Notes under the pieces: model-generated
What the model saw: the letters and a program-made list of their open reading frames with translations, nothing else
What the model was told of the DNA's origin: nothing
Databases searched by the model: none
In this document: in pieces, positions 1 through 8,114 of the stretch
Layout of the letters: the number at the start of each line of letters is the position of its first letter
Numbering within the stretch: position 1 is the stretch's first letter
Program-made: the position numbers and the translations under genes
IMG/VR virus record: IMGVR_UViG_3300012352_000175
Location: 1 to 25,722 of that record
Origin: a virus
Taxonomy: Duplodnaviria; Caudoviricetes
Reading direction: 5' to 3' (one strand)
Length of the DNA: 25,722 nucleotides

Positions 1-49
1 AAAGACTAAATAAATTCAACAGCAATTCATCCAAAAGGTTAAATTGCTG

Positions 50-79
50 TTGACGTAACACACAATAGAGTGTTACAAT
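50..79 (+). promoter_or_regulatory. Sigma70-type promoter for the SSB gene
   Basis: TTGACG (50-55), 18-nt spacer, TG-extended TACAAT (74-79); a TAAATA late-type box also lies at 7-12. Confidence 0.55.
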
Positions 80-156
80 ACGTTCACAGGATGAGAGTAT
101 CTTGTGTTCCAGGCAACAAACTTTTTTAAACCCTGGCATTTTATAAGGAAAAAATC

Positions 157-1170
157 ATGGCAACATTAGCAGAAATTCGCGCTCGACTACTAGAGCAAGA
201 AAACCGTACAACCGGTAACAAACAAGGCGGCGGAGGCGACAACGCAATTTTCCCGTTTTGGAACATCCCAGAAAACAGCACAGCAGTTCTTCGTTTCCTA
301 CCCGATGGCGACGACACTAACACATTCCCATGGCGTGAACGCCAAATGATCCGACTAGAGTTCGGTGGCGTTAAAGGTGGCGATGAAAGCAAACGTGTAA
401 CTGTAACAGTTCCATGTATGGAAATGTGGAAAGAAACTTGTCCTATCCACGCAGAGATTCGTCCTTGGTTCAAAGATAAATCTTTAGAAGAACTAGGTCG
501 TAAGTATTGGAAGAAAAAATCTTATGTATTCCAAGGCTTTGTAGTTGACACTAAGCTACAAGAAGAAGTACAACCGGAGAATCCAATCCGTAGATTGATT
601 ATCAATCCAAGTATCTTTAACATTGTTAAAGGTGCATTGATGGATCCAGAAATGGATAATCTGTTTACTGACTACGAAAACGGTACAGACTTCCGTCTAA
701 CAAAAACAACTAAAGGTCAATACGCAGACTACAGCACATCTAGCTTTGCTCGTAAAGAACGTGGCTTGAATGAAGTCGAATTGCAAGCTATTGCAGATCA
801 CGGCTTGTTTAACTTGAACGACTTTATGCCTAAGAAGCCAACTAAAGAAGAAGTTGATGTCATTTATGACATGTTCAAAGCCAGCGTCGATGGTGAATTG
901 TACGATCCTAAGAAGTGGGGTCAATACTTCAAGCCAGCAGGCGTAAATCTTGGTAACTTGGGTGTAGCATCTGATGTTGATGCCGCAGAAGCAAGTTTCA
1001 AAGCGCCAGCTCCGGCAGCTCGTCCTGCTCCTGTAGCGGCACCTAAGCCAGCAGTCATCGATGATGAAGACGATGCACCTTTTGAAACTGCTGAAGAAGC
1101 TGCCGCACCAGAAGGTAAGAAGAACGTCAACGACATCTTGGCGATGATTCGTAACCGTCAGCAAAAGTAA
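157..1170 (+). CDS. Single-stranded DNA-binding protein, T4 gp32-like
   Basis: AVLRFLPD, CPI, YWKKKSY, GTDFRLTK and YADYSTS motifs typical of the gp32 family; Pro/Ala/acidic C-terminal linker; SD (AAGGA) upstream; lies two genes upstream of uvsX. Confidence 0.9.
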   Translation: MATLAEIRARLLEQENRTTGNKQGGGGDNAIFPFWNIPENSTAVLRFLPDGDDTNTFPWRERQMIRLEFGGVKGGDESKRVTVTVPCMEMWKETCPIHAEIRPWFKDKSLEELGRKYWKKKSYVFQGFVVDTKLQEEVQPENPIRRLIINPSIFNIVKGALMDPEMDNLFTDYENGTDFRLTKTTKGQYADYSTSSFARKERGLNEVELQAIADHGLFNLNDFMPKKPTKEEVDVIYDMFKASVDGELYDPKKWGQYFKPAGVNLGNLGVASDVDAAEASFKAPAPAARPAPVAAPKPAVIDDEDDAPFETAEEAAAPEGKKNVNDILAMIRNRQQK

Positions 1171-1172
1171 GG

Positions 1173-1192
1173 ACAAGGGCTTAGGCCCTTGT
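1173..1192 (+). promoter_or_regulatory. GC-rich hairpin after SSB (weak terminator or SD-bridging stem)
   Basis: ACAAGGGC-TTAG-GCCCTTGT perfect 8-bp stem with only a short U tract. Confidence 0.55.
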
Positions 1193-1199
1193 TTAAACT

Positions 1200-1472
1200 A
1201 TGACACTACCAGACGAACGATATCGAGCTGTAGCATCTGCTAGAGAGTTGCTAATTGAAATAGCGAATCCCGGTGGCAGATGGAAGCGTATACCAAAAGA
1301 ATTAAGACTATATTGCATTCATGCATTGCGACATTATCCAACACAATGGGAAATGGACTTAATGGCTGATGAGGCTCCTAGTCTTTTTCAAAAGAGAATG
1401 GATCCGTTAGTTAGAATGATTCACGTATACGACCAAGAACAAAAGGAAGAACAAAATGACAAAACCATTTGA
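1200..1472 (+). CDS. Hypothetical phage protein
   Basis: 90-aa ORF filling the gap between SSB and uvsX and overlapping the uvsX start. Confidence 0.75.
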   Translation: MTLPDERYRAVASARELLIEIANPGGRWKRIPKELRLYCIHALRHYPTQWEMDLMADEAPSLFQKRMDPLVRMIHVYDQEQKEEQNDKTI

Positions 1473-2529
1473 CGTAAGTAAATTTAGAAAAGAAATCACT
1501 AAGAGCATTGAAGGTCTTAGCATTGGTTTTAATGACCCAACTGATTGGGTCAGCACAGGTAACTATACACTAAACTATTTGATTAGTGGCGACTTTTTCA
1601 AAGGTGTGCCAATGGGTAAGGTTACTGTGTTCGCTGGAGAATCTGGCGCAGGCAAATCATATATCTGCTCGGGCAACCTAGTTCGCCATGCACAAGAGCA
1701 GGGCATTTATGTTGTGCTAATTGATACAGAAAACGCACTAGACGAAGCATGGCTTCACGCACTTGGCGTAGATACTGGCGAAGACAAGCTACTCAAACTT
1801 AACATGGCTATGATCGATGACGTGGCTAAAACAATTACTAAGTTTGTTGCAGACTATCGAGGCTTGCCAGAAGATGCTCGCCCAAAAGTATTGTTTGTCG
1901 TAGACAGCTTGGGTATGTTGTTGACACCAACAGACGTTAACCAATTTGAAGCAGGTGACTTAAAAGGTGACATGGGTCGTAAGCCCAAGGCATTGACAGC
2001 ATTGGTTCGTAACTGTGTTAATATGTTTGGTAACCTAAACATTGGTATGGTATGTACTAACCACACATACGCTAGCCAAGACATGTTTGATCCAGATGAT
2101 AAAATCAGTGGCGGACAGGGCTTTATCTATGCGAGTTCTATCGTAGTTGCTATGCGTAAACTAAAACTTAAACTAGACGAAGATGGTAATAAGACTACAA
2201 CAGTTAACGGTATCCGTGCTAGTTGTAAGATTATGAAAACTCGTTATGCTAAACCATTTGAATCAGTACACGTACAGATTCCTTATGCAACAGGTATGAG
2301 TCCTTACAGCGGCTTGTTTGACTTGTTAGAAGAACGTGGCAGCTTGAAGCGTGAAGGTAACAGCTATCTTTATACCACTAAAGAAGGCGAGATTATTAAG
2401 GCAATGCGTAAGGCATGGACTAACGAACTTTTGGACAAAGTGATGGCAGATATCATGCTTCGTGATTTGACAGCGGATGTAAATACAGCAGATACAACCA
2501 TCACGGAGGAAAATGAAGATGTTGCATGA
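1456..2529 (+). CDS. uvsX: RecA-like recombinase UvsX
   Basis: Walker A GESGAGKS, IDTENALD, Walker B VVDSLG, SGGQG..YASS; context of SSB and uvsY. Confidence 0.93.
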   Translation: MTKPFDVSKFRKEITKSIEGLSIGFNDPTDWVSTGNYTLNYLISGDFFKGVPMGKVTVFAGESGAGKSYICSGNLVRHAQEQGIYVVLIDTENALDEAWLHALGVDTGEDKLLKLNMAMIDDVAKTITKFVADYRGLPEDARPKVLFVVDSLGMLLTPTDVNQFEAGDLKGDMGRKPKALTALVRNCVNMFGNLNIGMVCTNHTYASQDMFDPDDKISGGQGFIYASSIVVAMRKLKLKLDEDGNKTTTVNGIRASCKIMKTRYAKPFESVHVQIPYATGMSPYSGLFDLLEERGSLKREGNSYLYTTKEGEIIKAMRKAWTNELLDKVMADIMLRDLTADVNTADTTITEENEDVA

Positions 2530-2788
2530 TGAAGAAGTAAATTTGATTGTAGATGTTTGGTCTACTGTTAAAACTTACATTGACAAGAAAGAACGCTATG
2601 ATGCCGCTTGTGCATTGTTGCGTAGTTTAGAAAATCACTATGAAATGGATAGTGTTGCAGAAGAACTTCTTGGCAATGATTCTACATTGGATACTGTAAT
2701 TAAAGATTTGTACACCGCCGACGACATCGTAGATGACGACGACGACTACGAAGAAGATAATTACGACTCAGACTACGACGACGAATGA
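2513..2788 (+). CDS. Hypothetical protein with very acidic C-terminal tail (start may be 2519)
   Basis: GGAGG SD at 2505-2509; overlaps uvsX and uvsY; tail DDIVDDDDDYEEDNYDSDYDDE. Confidence 0.8.
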   Translation: MKMLHDEEVNLIVDVWSTVKTYIDKKERYDAACALLRSLENHYEMDSVAEELLGNDSTLDTVIKDLYTADDIVDDDDDYEEDNYDSDYDDE

Positions 2789-3246
2789 GCGATTGGTATA
2801 GACGTGTTACTGGCAACTTAGGCGAGTTGCCAGGTGCGATAGCCTACTTTGAATCTGAGTTACAGGATGCTAGGATTGAAACTAGCATCAAAGGTAACTT
2901 GGAAACTAACTCCAGACTTATGCCTGGAATAGTAGAACACAGATTTAACCAATTGCAAGAAGTTGAGGCTATACTAGAATTCCTAAACATCAATCTAAGA
3001 AAAAAACGCAGTGAGATGTTTAGGAAGTATACTGAAAGCTATAACAGAGCACTTAGTGATCGTAGTGCCGACAAGTATGTAGATGGTGACGTTGAAGTAG
3101 TTGAATGGCAAGTTCTTGTAAACGAGTTTGCTATGATACGCAACAAGTATCTTGGTATCATGAAAGCCATTGATGTTAAGCAATGGCAAATCACTAACAT
3201 TGTCAAACTCCGTGTAGCAGGTATGGACGACACAACTTTGGGTTAA
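2785..3246 (+). CDS. uvsY: Recombination mediator UvsY-like
   Basis: Helical 153-aa protein with KYVDGD and the C-terminal KAIDVKQWQITNIVKLRVAG pattern of UvsY; downstream of uvsX. Confidence 0.8.
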   Translation: MSDWYRRVTGNLGELPGAIAYFESELQDARIETSIKGNLETNSRLMPGIVEHRFNQLQEVEAILEFLNINLRKKRSEMFRKYTESYNRALSDRSADKYVDGDVEVVEWQVLVNEFAMIRNKYLGIMKAIDVKQWQITNIVKLRVAGMDDTTLG

Positions 3247-3275
3247 TTGACACAAATTGATTTTGGCTGTATAAT
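3247..3275 (+). promoter_or_regulatory. Consensus sigma70 (early-type) promoter
   Basis: TTGACA (3247-3252), 17 nt, TATAAT (3270-3275). Confidence 0.9.
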
Positions 3276-3305
3276 ACTTACATACAGACACAAAAGGACA
3301 TCAAA

Positions 3306-3527
3306 ATGGAACTAGCAGTTGGAACTAAAATTGTTTATTCTAGCGCCGCAGGTACCCGTAATGCAGAAGTAGTTGGTATTAAGGTTGGTCCTACAGCAAA
3401 GCCTGGTTTCCTTAATACTTGGTTAACACTTTTTGTACCAGCACAAAACGGTGCTAAATTTGATACTCATGTTCAAATTTGCGGCGATAATGCTAGTCTC
3501 AAAATGTTTAAAGTAGCAGTCATTTAA
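3306..3527 (+). CDS. Small hypothetical early protein (beta-rich, possibly SH3-like)
   Basis: Own promoter and AAGGA SD; 73 aa. Confidence 0.8.
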   Translation: MELAVGTKIVYSSAAGTRNAEVVGIKVGPTAKPGFLNTWLTLFVPAQNGAKFDTHVQICGDNASLKMFKVAVI

Positions 3528-3556
3528 TTGACACAAATTGGTTTTGACTGTATAAT
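3528..3556 (+). promoter_or_regulatory. Consensus sigma70 (early-type) promoter
   Basis: TTGACA (3528-3533), 17 nt, TATAAT (3551-3556). Confidence 0.9.
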
Positions 3557-3589
3557 ACATACATAGATTAACAAAACAGGAGTTTTACA

Positions 3590-4663
3590 ATGGCTAATGT
3601 AACTATTTTTGCTGGTGAATATCGCGGTACTAAAGTCCGTAACGAAACGTTCCGTTTGGTTTCAGATGTTAAGACTGGCGCTAAAGGTATGTTTGTAACA
3701 GTCCAAGATAACGGAGTACTTGGCTACAAAGGTAAAAGTGTTCGTATTAAAATTAAAAGCATGGAGGATATTACAGTGAGTGGTCAAAGTATTGCAGACA
3801 TGACAGATAGCCAGCGAAGCAGAGCTAGCAAAGACGACAATGTATTTTCTTTGGTAGTGCCTAAGGAACCAGAAGTGTACACAGAAACAGATGAGCAAGC
3901 AATTGAGCGTATCCGTGAACGTTTTGACATCTTGGAAGAAATGACAGAAGGTACTACAACAGGTGCAGTTCGTGCTATGATTGTTAGTGGCCCTCCAGGC
4001 GTTGGTAAGAGCTTTGGTGTTGAGAAGAAGTTAGAAGAAGCCGCACTCTTTGACAAGATGGCTAACCGCAGAAGCCGTTTTGAAGTTGTTAAAGGTGCTA
4101 TGTCGGCATTGGGTTTGTATGCTAAACTTTACAAGTACAGCGACGAGAATAATGTTCTTGTTTTTGATGACTGTGACAGCATCTTGCTCGACGACTTGTC
4201 TCTTAACATTTTGAAAGCGGCATTGGACAGTTCTAAGAAGCGTACAATTTCTTGGAACACAGACAGCCGTATGCTTAGCCAAGAAGGTATTCCAGATCGT
4301 TTTGACTTTAAAGGTAGTGTGATTTTCATCACTAACATTAAGTTTGAACACGTTCGCTCCAAAAAGTTGAAAGACCACTTGGATGCTTTGGAAAGCCGTT
4401 GCCACTATCTGGACTTGACAATGGACAGCCAACGTGATAAGTTCTTGCGTATTAAGCAAATTGTACGTGATGGTATGTTGGACAGCTACGACTTTGAAGA
4501 TGGTGCAAGTCAAGAAATTGTAGACTTTATGTGGGAACAGAAAAATCGTTTGCGTGAGTTGTCATTGCGTACAGTTTTGAAGATTGCAGACTTGCGTAAG
4601 ATGAGCGCACATAATTGGAAGCGTCTTGCAGAGACAACAATTTTGAAACGTGCAGAAGTGTGA
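3590..4663 (+). CDS. AAA+/P-loop ATPase with extra N-terminal domain
   Basis: Walker A GPPGVGKS, Walker B VLVFDDCD, sensor-1 IFITN, Arg-finger ALESRC; AGGAG SD. Confidence 0.85.
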   Translation: MANVTIFAGEYRGTKVRNETFRLVSDVKTGAKGMFVTVQDNGVLGYKGKSVRIKIKSMEDITVSGQSIADMTDSQRSRASKDDNVFSLVVPKEPEVYTETDEQAIERIRERFDILEEMTEGTTTGAVRAMIVSGPPGVGKSFGVEKKLEEAALFDKMANRRSRFEVVKGAMSALGLYAKLYKYSDENNVLVFDDCDSILLDDLSLNILKAALDSSKKRTISWNTDSRMLSQEGIPDRFDFKGSVIFITNIKFEHVRSKKLKDHLDALESRCHYLDLTMDSQRDKFLRIKQIVRDGMLDSYDFEDGASQEIVDFMWEQKNRLRELSLRTVLKIADLRKMSAHNWKRLAETTILKRAEV

Positions 4664-4671
4664 TAAACTAA

Positions 4672-4715
4672 ACAAAGCCCAATTAATTGACACTAATTGG
4701 GCTTTGTGCTATAAT
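4672..4715 (+). promoter_or_regulatory. Sigma70 promoter whose -35 lies in the loop of a 14-bp inverted repeat
   Basis: ACAAAGCCCAATTA (4672-4685) / TAATTGGGCTTTGT (4694-4707); TTGACA 4687-4692, 17 nt, TATAAT 4710-4715. Confidence 0.85.
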
Positions 4716-4744
4716 ATATACTTAAACAGTAAAAAGGAATTTAA

Positions 4745-6850
4745 ATGAAATTCAAACCCACTCTTATTGCACTGGCAGTAGCATCTATTGCTAGTGTAGC
4801 ACAGGCGCAAATTGCTAACGGTGAAGCAACTGCAAAAACAAATTATCTGACTCCGACTGGAATCACAGCCGCATGGGCTCGCGGCTTTACTGGCAAAGGT
4901 TCAGTTATTGCAGTCATTGACAATGGATTTGAAGTCAATCACACAGACTTAAAAGGTAATGTAATAGAGCTTAAAAACTTTATGACAGGTACATCATCGA
5001 CTTGGGGACTTCACGGTACTCAAATGGCAAGTATTGCCGCAGGCAAGTCTAACAATAGTGGTACAGTTGGTGCCGCTCCAGATGCTAAACTTTTGCTAGC
5101 TCAAGTTGGTTCCGGTGGACTGTCGCCGTCAGTTAGTACTACATTGGCTTACTCTGCAATGGCATGGGCAGAAGCCAATGGTGCAGATGTAATTAATTTG
5201 AGCTTGGGATCTACTTACGACCCAAACTTTAAGGCAGGTACTACGATGATTGCTCCTGGTATCTATAAAGCAAATTCTGCTTATACTACATATAACGCAA
5301 AAACAAAAGTTACCTCGCTGGCCAGTTTGTATGGTTCCACTTATTCTTCTTTGCTACCTTTTGCAACATCAACTAAGAAAGCAGTTATTGTTGCCAGTGC
5401 CGGTAACAGTGCTACAGGCTACGCACAATTCCCTGGCGCCTTTGCTACACAAACTGATGCCAATGGAAACTTGCTAATGGGCGGCCGTGTTTTGATTGTA
5501 GGCAATGTTGCCAATGATGGCAAAGGTAATTGGCTTATGAACGCAAGTAGCAATCAAGCAGGTAGCCTTTGCACCACTATTATTAATAATGTTTGTCAAG
5601 ACAAGTATTATGTAAAAGACTTTTATGTTGTGGCTCCTGGTAGTGCTATTTTAGGTGCAGTTCCTGATCAAGGTCGTAGTGCCAGCGGTATTAAACAAGG
5701 TATTACTAATGGAGCCGGTGGCGTGTCGGGTACTAGCCCTGCGGCGGCACTGGTCAGCGGTGGAGTCGCTTTGCTTAAACAAGCATGGCCACAACTTAGT
5801 GCCGCACAGATTGTACAGTTAGTTAAAACTACTGCAACTGATATGACATACAACCCTGTTACCAAAAAGAATGACTTGGTTGGCGTTGATCACGTATATG
5901 GTTGGGGTATGGTTAATTTTGATAAAGCTACTCAACCACAAGGCTTGCTTAATATTGCTAACTTTAAAGGTTACGCAAGTTCAACTCCAGTGACTGCGAC
6001 AGGTGTGGCTTCGAGTGGTAGTGCTAGTATCAATTCAAGTAGTGTGCTACAAAACGTTCAAGGACTTGATAGTTATAATCGCAACTATACTTTGGATATG
6101 ACTCGTGCAGTAATTGCTAATCCAGTGGCAACATATCGTGCTAGTAGCAGTTACTTGGCAATGAGTGCAGTAGGCTACAATGAAATGTCTGTGCCAGTAA
6201 ATGAAAATTACAGCATTAAAATGATGCAAAGCCAAGCAGGTACTGCCAGTGAAGTTACTTACAGCGAACAAGGTACTAGCTATAGTGTGCAATTCGGTAG
6301 CATGTCAGAGAAGGCAGGCTTCCTTGGTAACTATGGTGCAGGTATGATGGCATTTGGTGATAGCAGTACAAGCTATTTGCAACTTGGTACCGAACATAAG
6401 TTTGGTAGTGTAGCAGTATTTGGTAGTTATGGTTTTGGTACCACTCGCACAGGAAGTGTGCAAGATAGCATGATCCAACTTGGTAATCGTATTAGTAGTG
6501 ACACTTGGAGACTGGGTATTGCTAAGAACAATATGTTCCAAAACAACGACTCATTGAGCGTGAGTGTCGTTAGTCCAGTAAGTGTGCGTAACGGTACTGC
6601 CACAGTAACAGGTGTAACTGGCTACGAGTTTACAGACAATGGCGATGGTGCAGATGCTCGAGCAATTGTCAGCACAGAAACTATTAGTTTGCGAGCTCAA
6701 GTTAAGCCTATTGATTTGGTCTTGGGTTATACTGTAGTTGGCAAAGGCTATGACCGTGTAAACGTAAATGTGGCACGTCAATTTAATGTAGGCGGTGTTG
6801 CAGGCAATACAGCTAACAGCATTGGAGTAATGGCAGTTAAATCTTTTTAA
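4745..6850 (+). CDS. Secreted subtilisin-like (S8) serine protease with C-terminal beta-rich, autotransporter-like domain
   Basis: Signal peptide MKFKPTLIALAVASIASVAQA; triad motifs AVIDNG, HGTQMA, GTSPAA; oxyanion SAGNS; YGWG motif; amphipathic beta strands ending in Phe. Confidence 0.88.
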   Translation: MKFKPTLIALAVASIASVAQAQIANGEATAKTNYLTPTGITAAWARGFTGKGSVIAVIDNGFEVNHTDLKGNVIELKNFMTGTSSTWGLHGTQMASIAAGKSNNSGTVGAAPDAKLLLAQVGSGGLSPSVSTTLAYSAMAWAEANGADVINLSLGSTYDPNFKAGTTMIAPGIYKANSAYTTYNAKTKVTSLASLYGSTYSSLLPFATSTKKAVIVASAGNSATGYAQFPGAFATQTDANGNLLMGGRVLIVGNVANDGKGNWLMNASSNQAGSLCTTIINNVCQDKYYVKDFYVVAPGSAILGAVPDQGRSASGIKQGITNGAGGVSGTSPAAALVSGGVALLKQAWPQLSAAQIVQLVKTTATDMTYNPVTKKNDLVGVDHVYGWGMVNFDKATQPQGLLNIANFKGYASSTPVTATGVASSGSASINSSSVLQNVQGLDSYNRNYTLDMTRAVIANPVATYRASSSYLAMSAVGYNEMSVPVNENYSIKMMQSQAGTASEVTYSEQGTSYSVQFGSMSEKAGFLGNYGAGMMAFGDSSTSYLQLGTEHKFGSVAVFGSYGFGTTRTGSVQDSMIQLGNRISSDTWRLGIAKNNMFQNNDSLSVSVVSPVSVRNGTATVTGVTGYEFTDNGDGADARAIVSTETISLRAQVKPIDLVLGYTVVGKGYDRVNVNVARQFNVGGVAGNTANSIGVMAVKSF

Positions 6851-6879
6851 TTGATATAAATTATTTTTGATGTTATAAT
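6851..6879 (+). promoter_or_regulatory. Sigma70-type promoter
   Basis: TTGATA (6851-6856), 17 nt, TG-extended TATAAT (6874-6879); same TTAATTGA context as the other island promoters. Confidence 0.8.
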
Positions 6880-6883
6880 TATT

Positions 6884-6918
6884 ACATAACGTAGACATAA
6901 AGTTTACGTTATGTTTTT
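6884..6918 (+). terminator. Intrinsic terminator-like hairpin
   Basis: ACATAACGTAGAC-ATAAA-GTTTACGTTATGT (13 bp, one G-U) followed by TTTT. Confidence 0.6.
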
Positions 6919-6973
6919 ATAGGTCGAGTATGACCACAACCCAGGGCAAGTAAGCCCGCTTAAAGGAGAAATT

Positions 6974-8113
6974 ATGAAATCGCATGCACAGATCGTTAAT
7001 GATCAATATTTGAAATCACAGAGTCACTATGTCACGTTGCAAGAGCGTCTTAAAGAAGCTTTGGCAACATCGCCAGTTTTTATTGGACAGTTGACTGCAA
7101 TGGTCGACGAATTTAAACGTCGCAATACCGTTTGGAAACGTTTTGTAGACTTGCATCTTTGCAAAGCTATTCAAGTTCCAATGGATAAAATTCTAATTGA
7201 TACTACACTACAGCGAAGTCTTAATCTTCGTCATGTGTTAAAGATCTTGCAGTACTTTAAAACTACAATGGCAATGGCTATTCAAGTTTATGAAGATCCT
7301 AATCAGCCAGGTTATTATATTGCTTGGGATGGTCAGCATACTGCTATTAGCTTGTACATTATCCTTACAAAAGTGTTTGGAGAACGAACCGCAGAAGCTC
7401 TTGTCCCAGTAGTTGTTTATAATGTTACACAAAAATTAGAAATTCGTCGTAACTTTATTTTGCTTAACGGCGAAGCTAAAGAAGAAATGGACTTCATCGA
7501 CAAGTACAAGCAACAAGTCTATGGTGTAAAAACAGATGGTGCTACGGATCATGACTGGGTAGATACTGCTCGTAAGAATGATTACTTTGCTAAGGCAGGT
7601 TTGTTTGCTACGCACTCTAAATTTGGTGATGACGACAAGCCAGGTGCATTTACTTTGTTGGCAGATACTGTAATGAGCAAGACTCTTAAGAATCGAAAGC
7701 CAGTAGATGTTACTCGCATGTTTGCACAGTATTGGAGTTATTTGAATCAAGAACGTCCAGTTGATGCTAAAGAAGCTCGTCAGCTCTACGAATACTTTAA
7801 CTTGTGCTATGAGCAAGGTATTAAAGTAGACGAAGACTATTTGTTGGAGTTTGCTAACTTTACTAAAGAATATTTTGGTGCTGACTTTGATGCAACAGGT
7901 CCATTCTGGGATAAAGTTAAAATCTCATACGAGAACTGGTATAAGAAAGCTAACCCAGAGTCATATGAAGAATATGGCTTGAAAGGTTTCTCGTCAGAAA
8001 TGCGTACCGGTATTCCATTCTTGATTGCACAACTGCAAAAGAGTACTAAGCTCAAAACACCTACATATATTCCTAATAACGGTTTTACTGTTAATAAGAA
8101 GGACCTGTGGTAA
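6974..8113 (+). CDS. ParB/Srx-fold (DGQHR/DndB/DUF262-like) domain protein
   Basis: ILIDTTLQRSL, YYIAWDGQHT and FILLNG motifs match the QR / DGQ[HQ]R / FxxxN signature; AAGGAG SD. Confidence 0.65.
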   Translation: MKSHAQIVNDQYLKSQSHYVTLQERLKEALATSPVFIGQLTAMVDEFKRRNTVWKRFVDLHLCKAIQVPMDKILIDTTLQRSLNLRHVLKILQYFKTTMAMAIQVYEDPNQPGYYIAWDGQHTAISLYIILTKVFGERTAEALVPVVVYNVTQKLEIRRNFILLNGEAKEEMDFIDKYKQQVYGVKTDGATDHDWVDTARKNDYFAKAGLFATHSKFGDDDKPGAFTLLADTVMSKTLKNRKPVDVTRMFAQYWSYLNQERPVDAKEARQLYEYFNLCYEQGIKVDEDYLLEFANFTKEYFGADFDATGPFWDKVKISYENWYKKANPESYEEYGLKGFSSEMRTGIPFLIAQLQKSTKLKTPTYIPNNGFTVNKKDLW

Positions 8114-8114
8114 T

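Larger units (their letters stand above)
3243..3565 (+). repeat. 42-nt direct repeat (3243-3284 and 3524-3565) made of promoter sequence and flanking one small gene
   Basis: ttaattgacacaaattgattttggctgtataatacttacata vs ttaattgacacaaattggttttgactgtataatacatacata, 39/42 identical. Confidence 0.9.

Noticed and set aside
1456-2529. Bacterial recA / cellular origin of the window
   Set aside because: The sequence is divergent from bacterial RecA and sits among gp32-, UvsY-, UvsW- and gp41/61-like genes with T4-type late boxes
2719-2785. GAC/GAT trinucleotide-rich tract
   Set aside because: Explained by Asp codons of the acidic tail; not an independent repeat element
3243-4715. Repeats considered as a CRISPR array or att sites
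   Set aside because: Few copies, separated by whole genes, and each is a -35/-10 promoter; no cas or integrase genes
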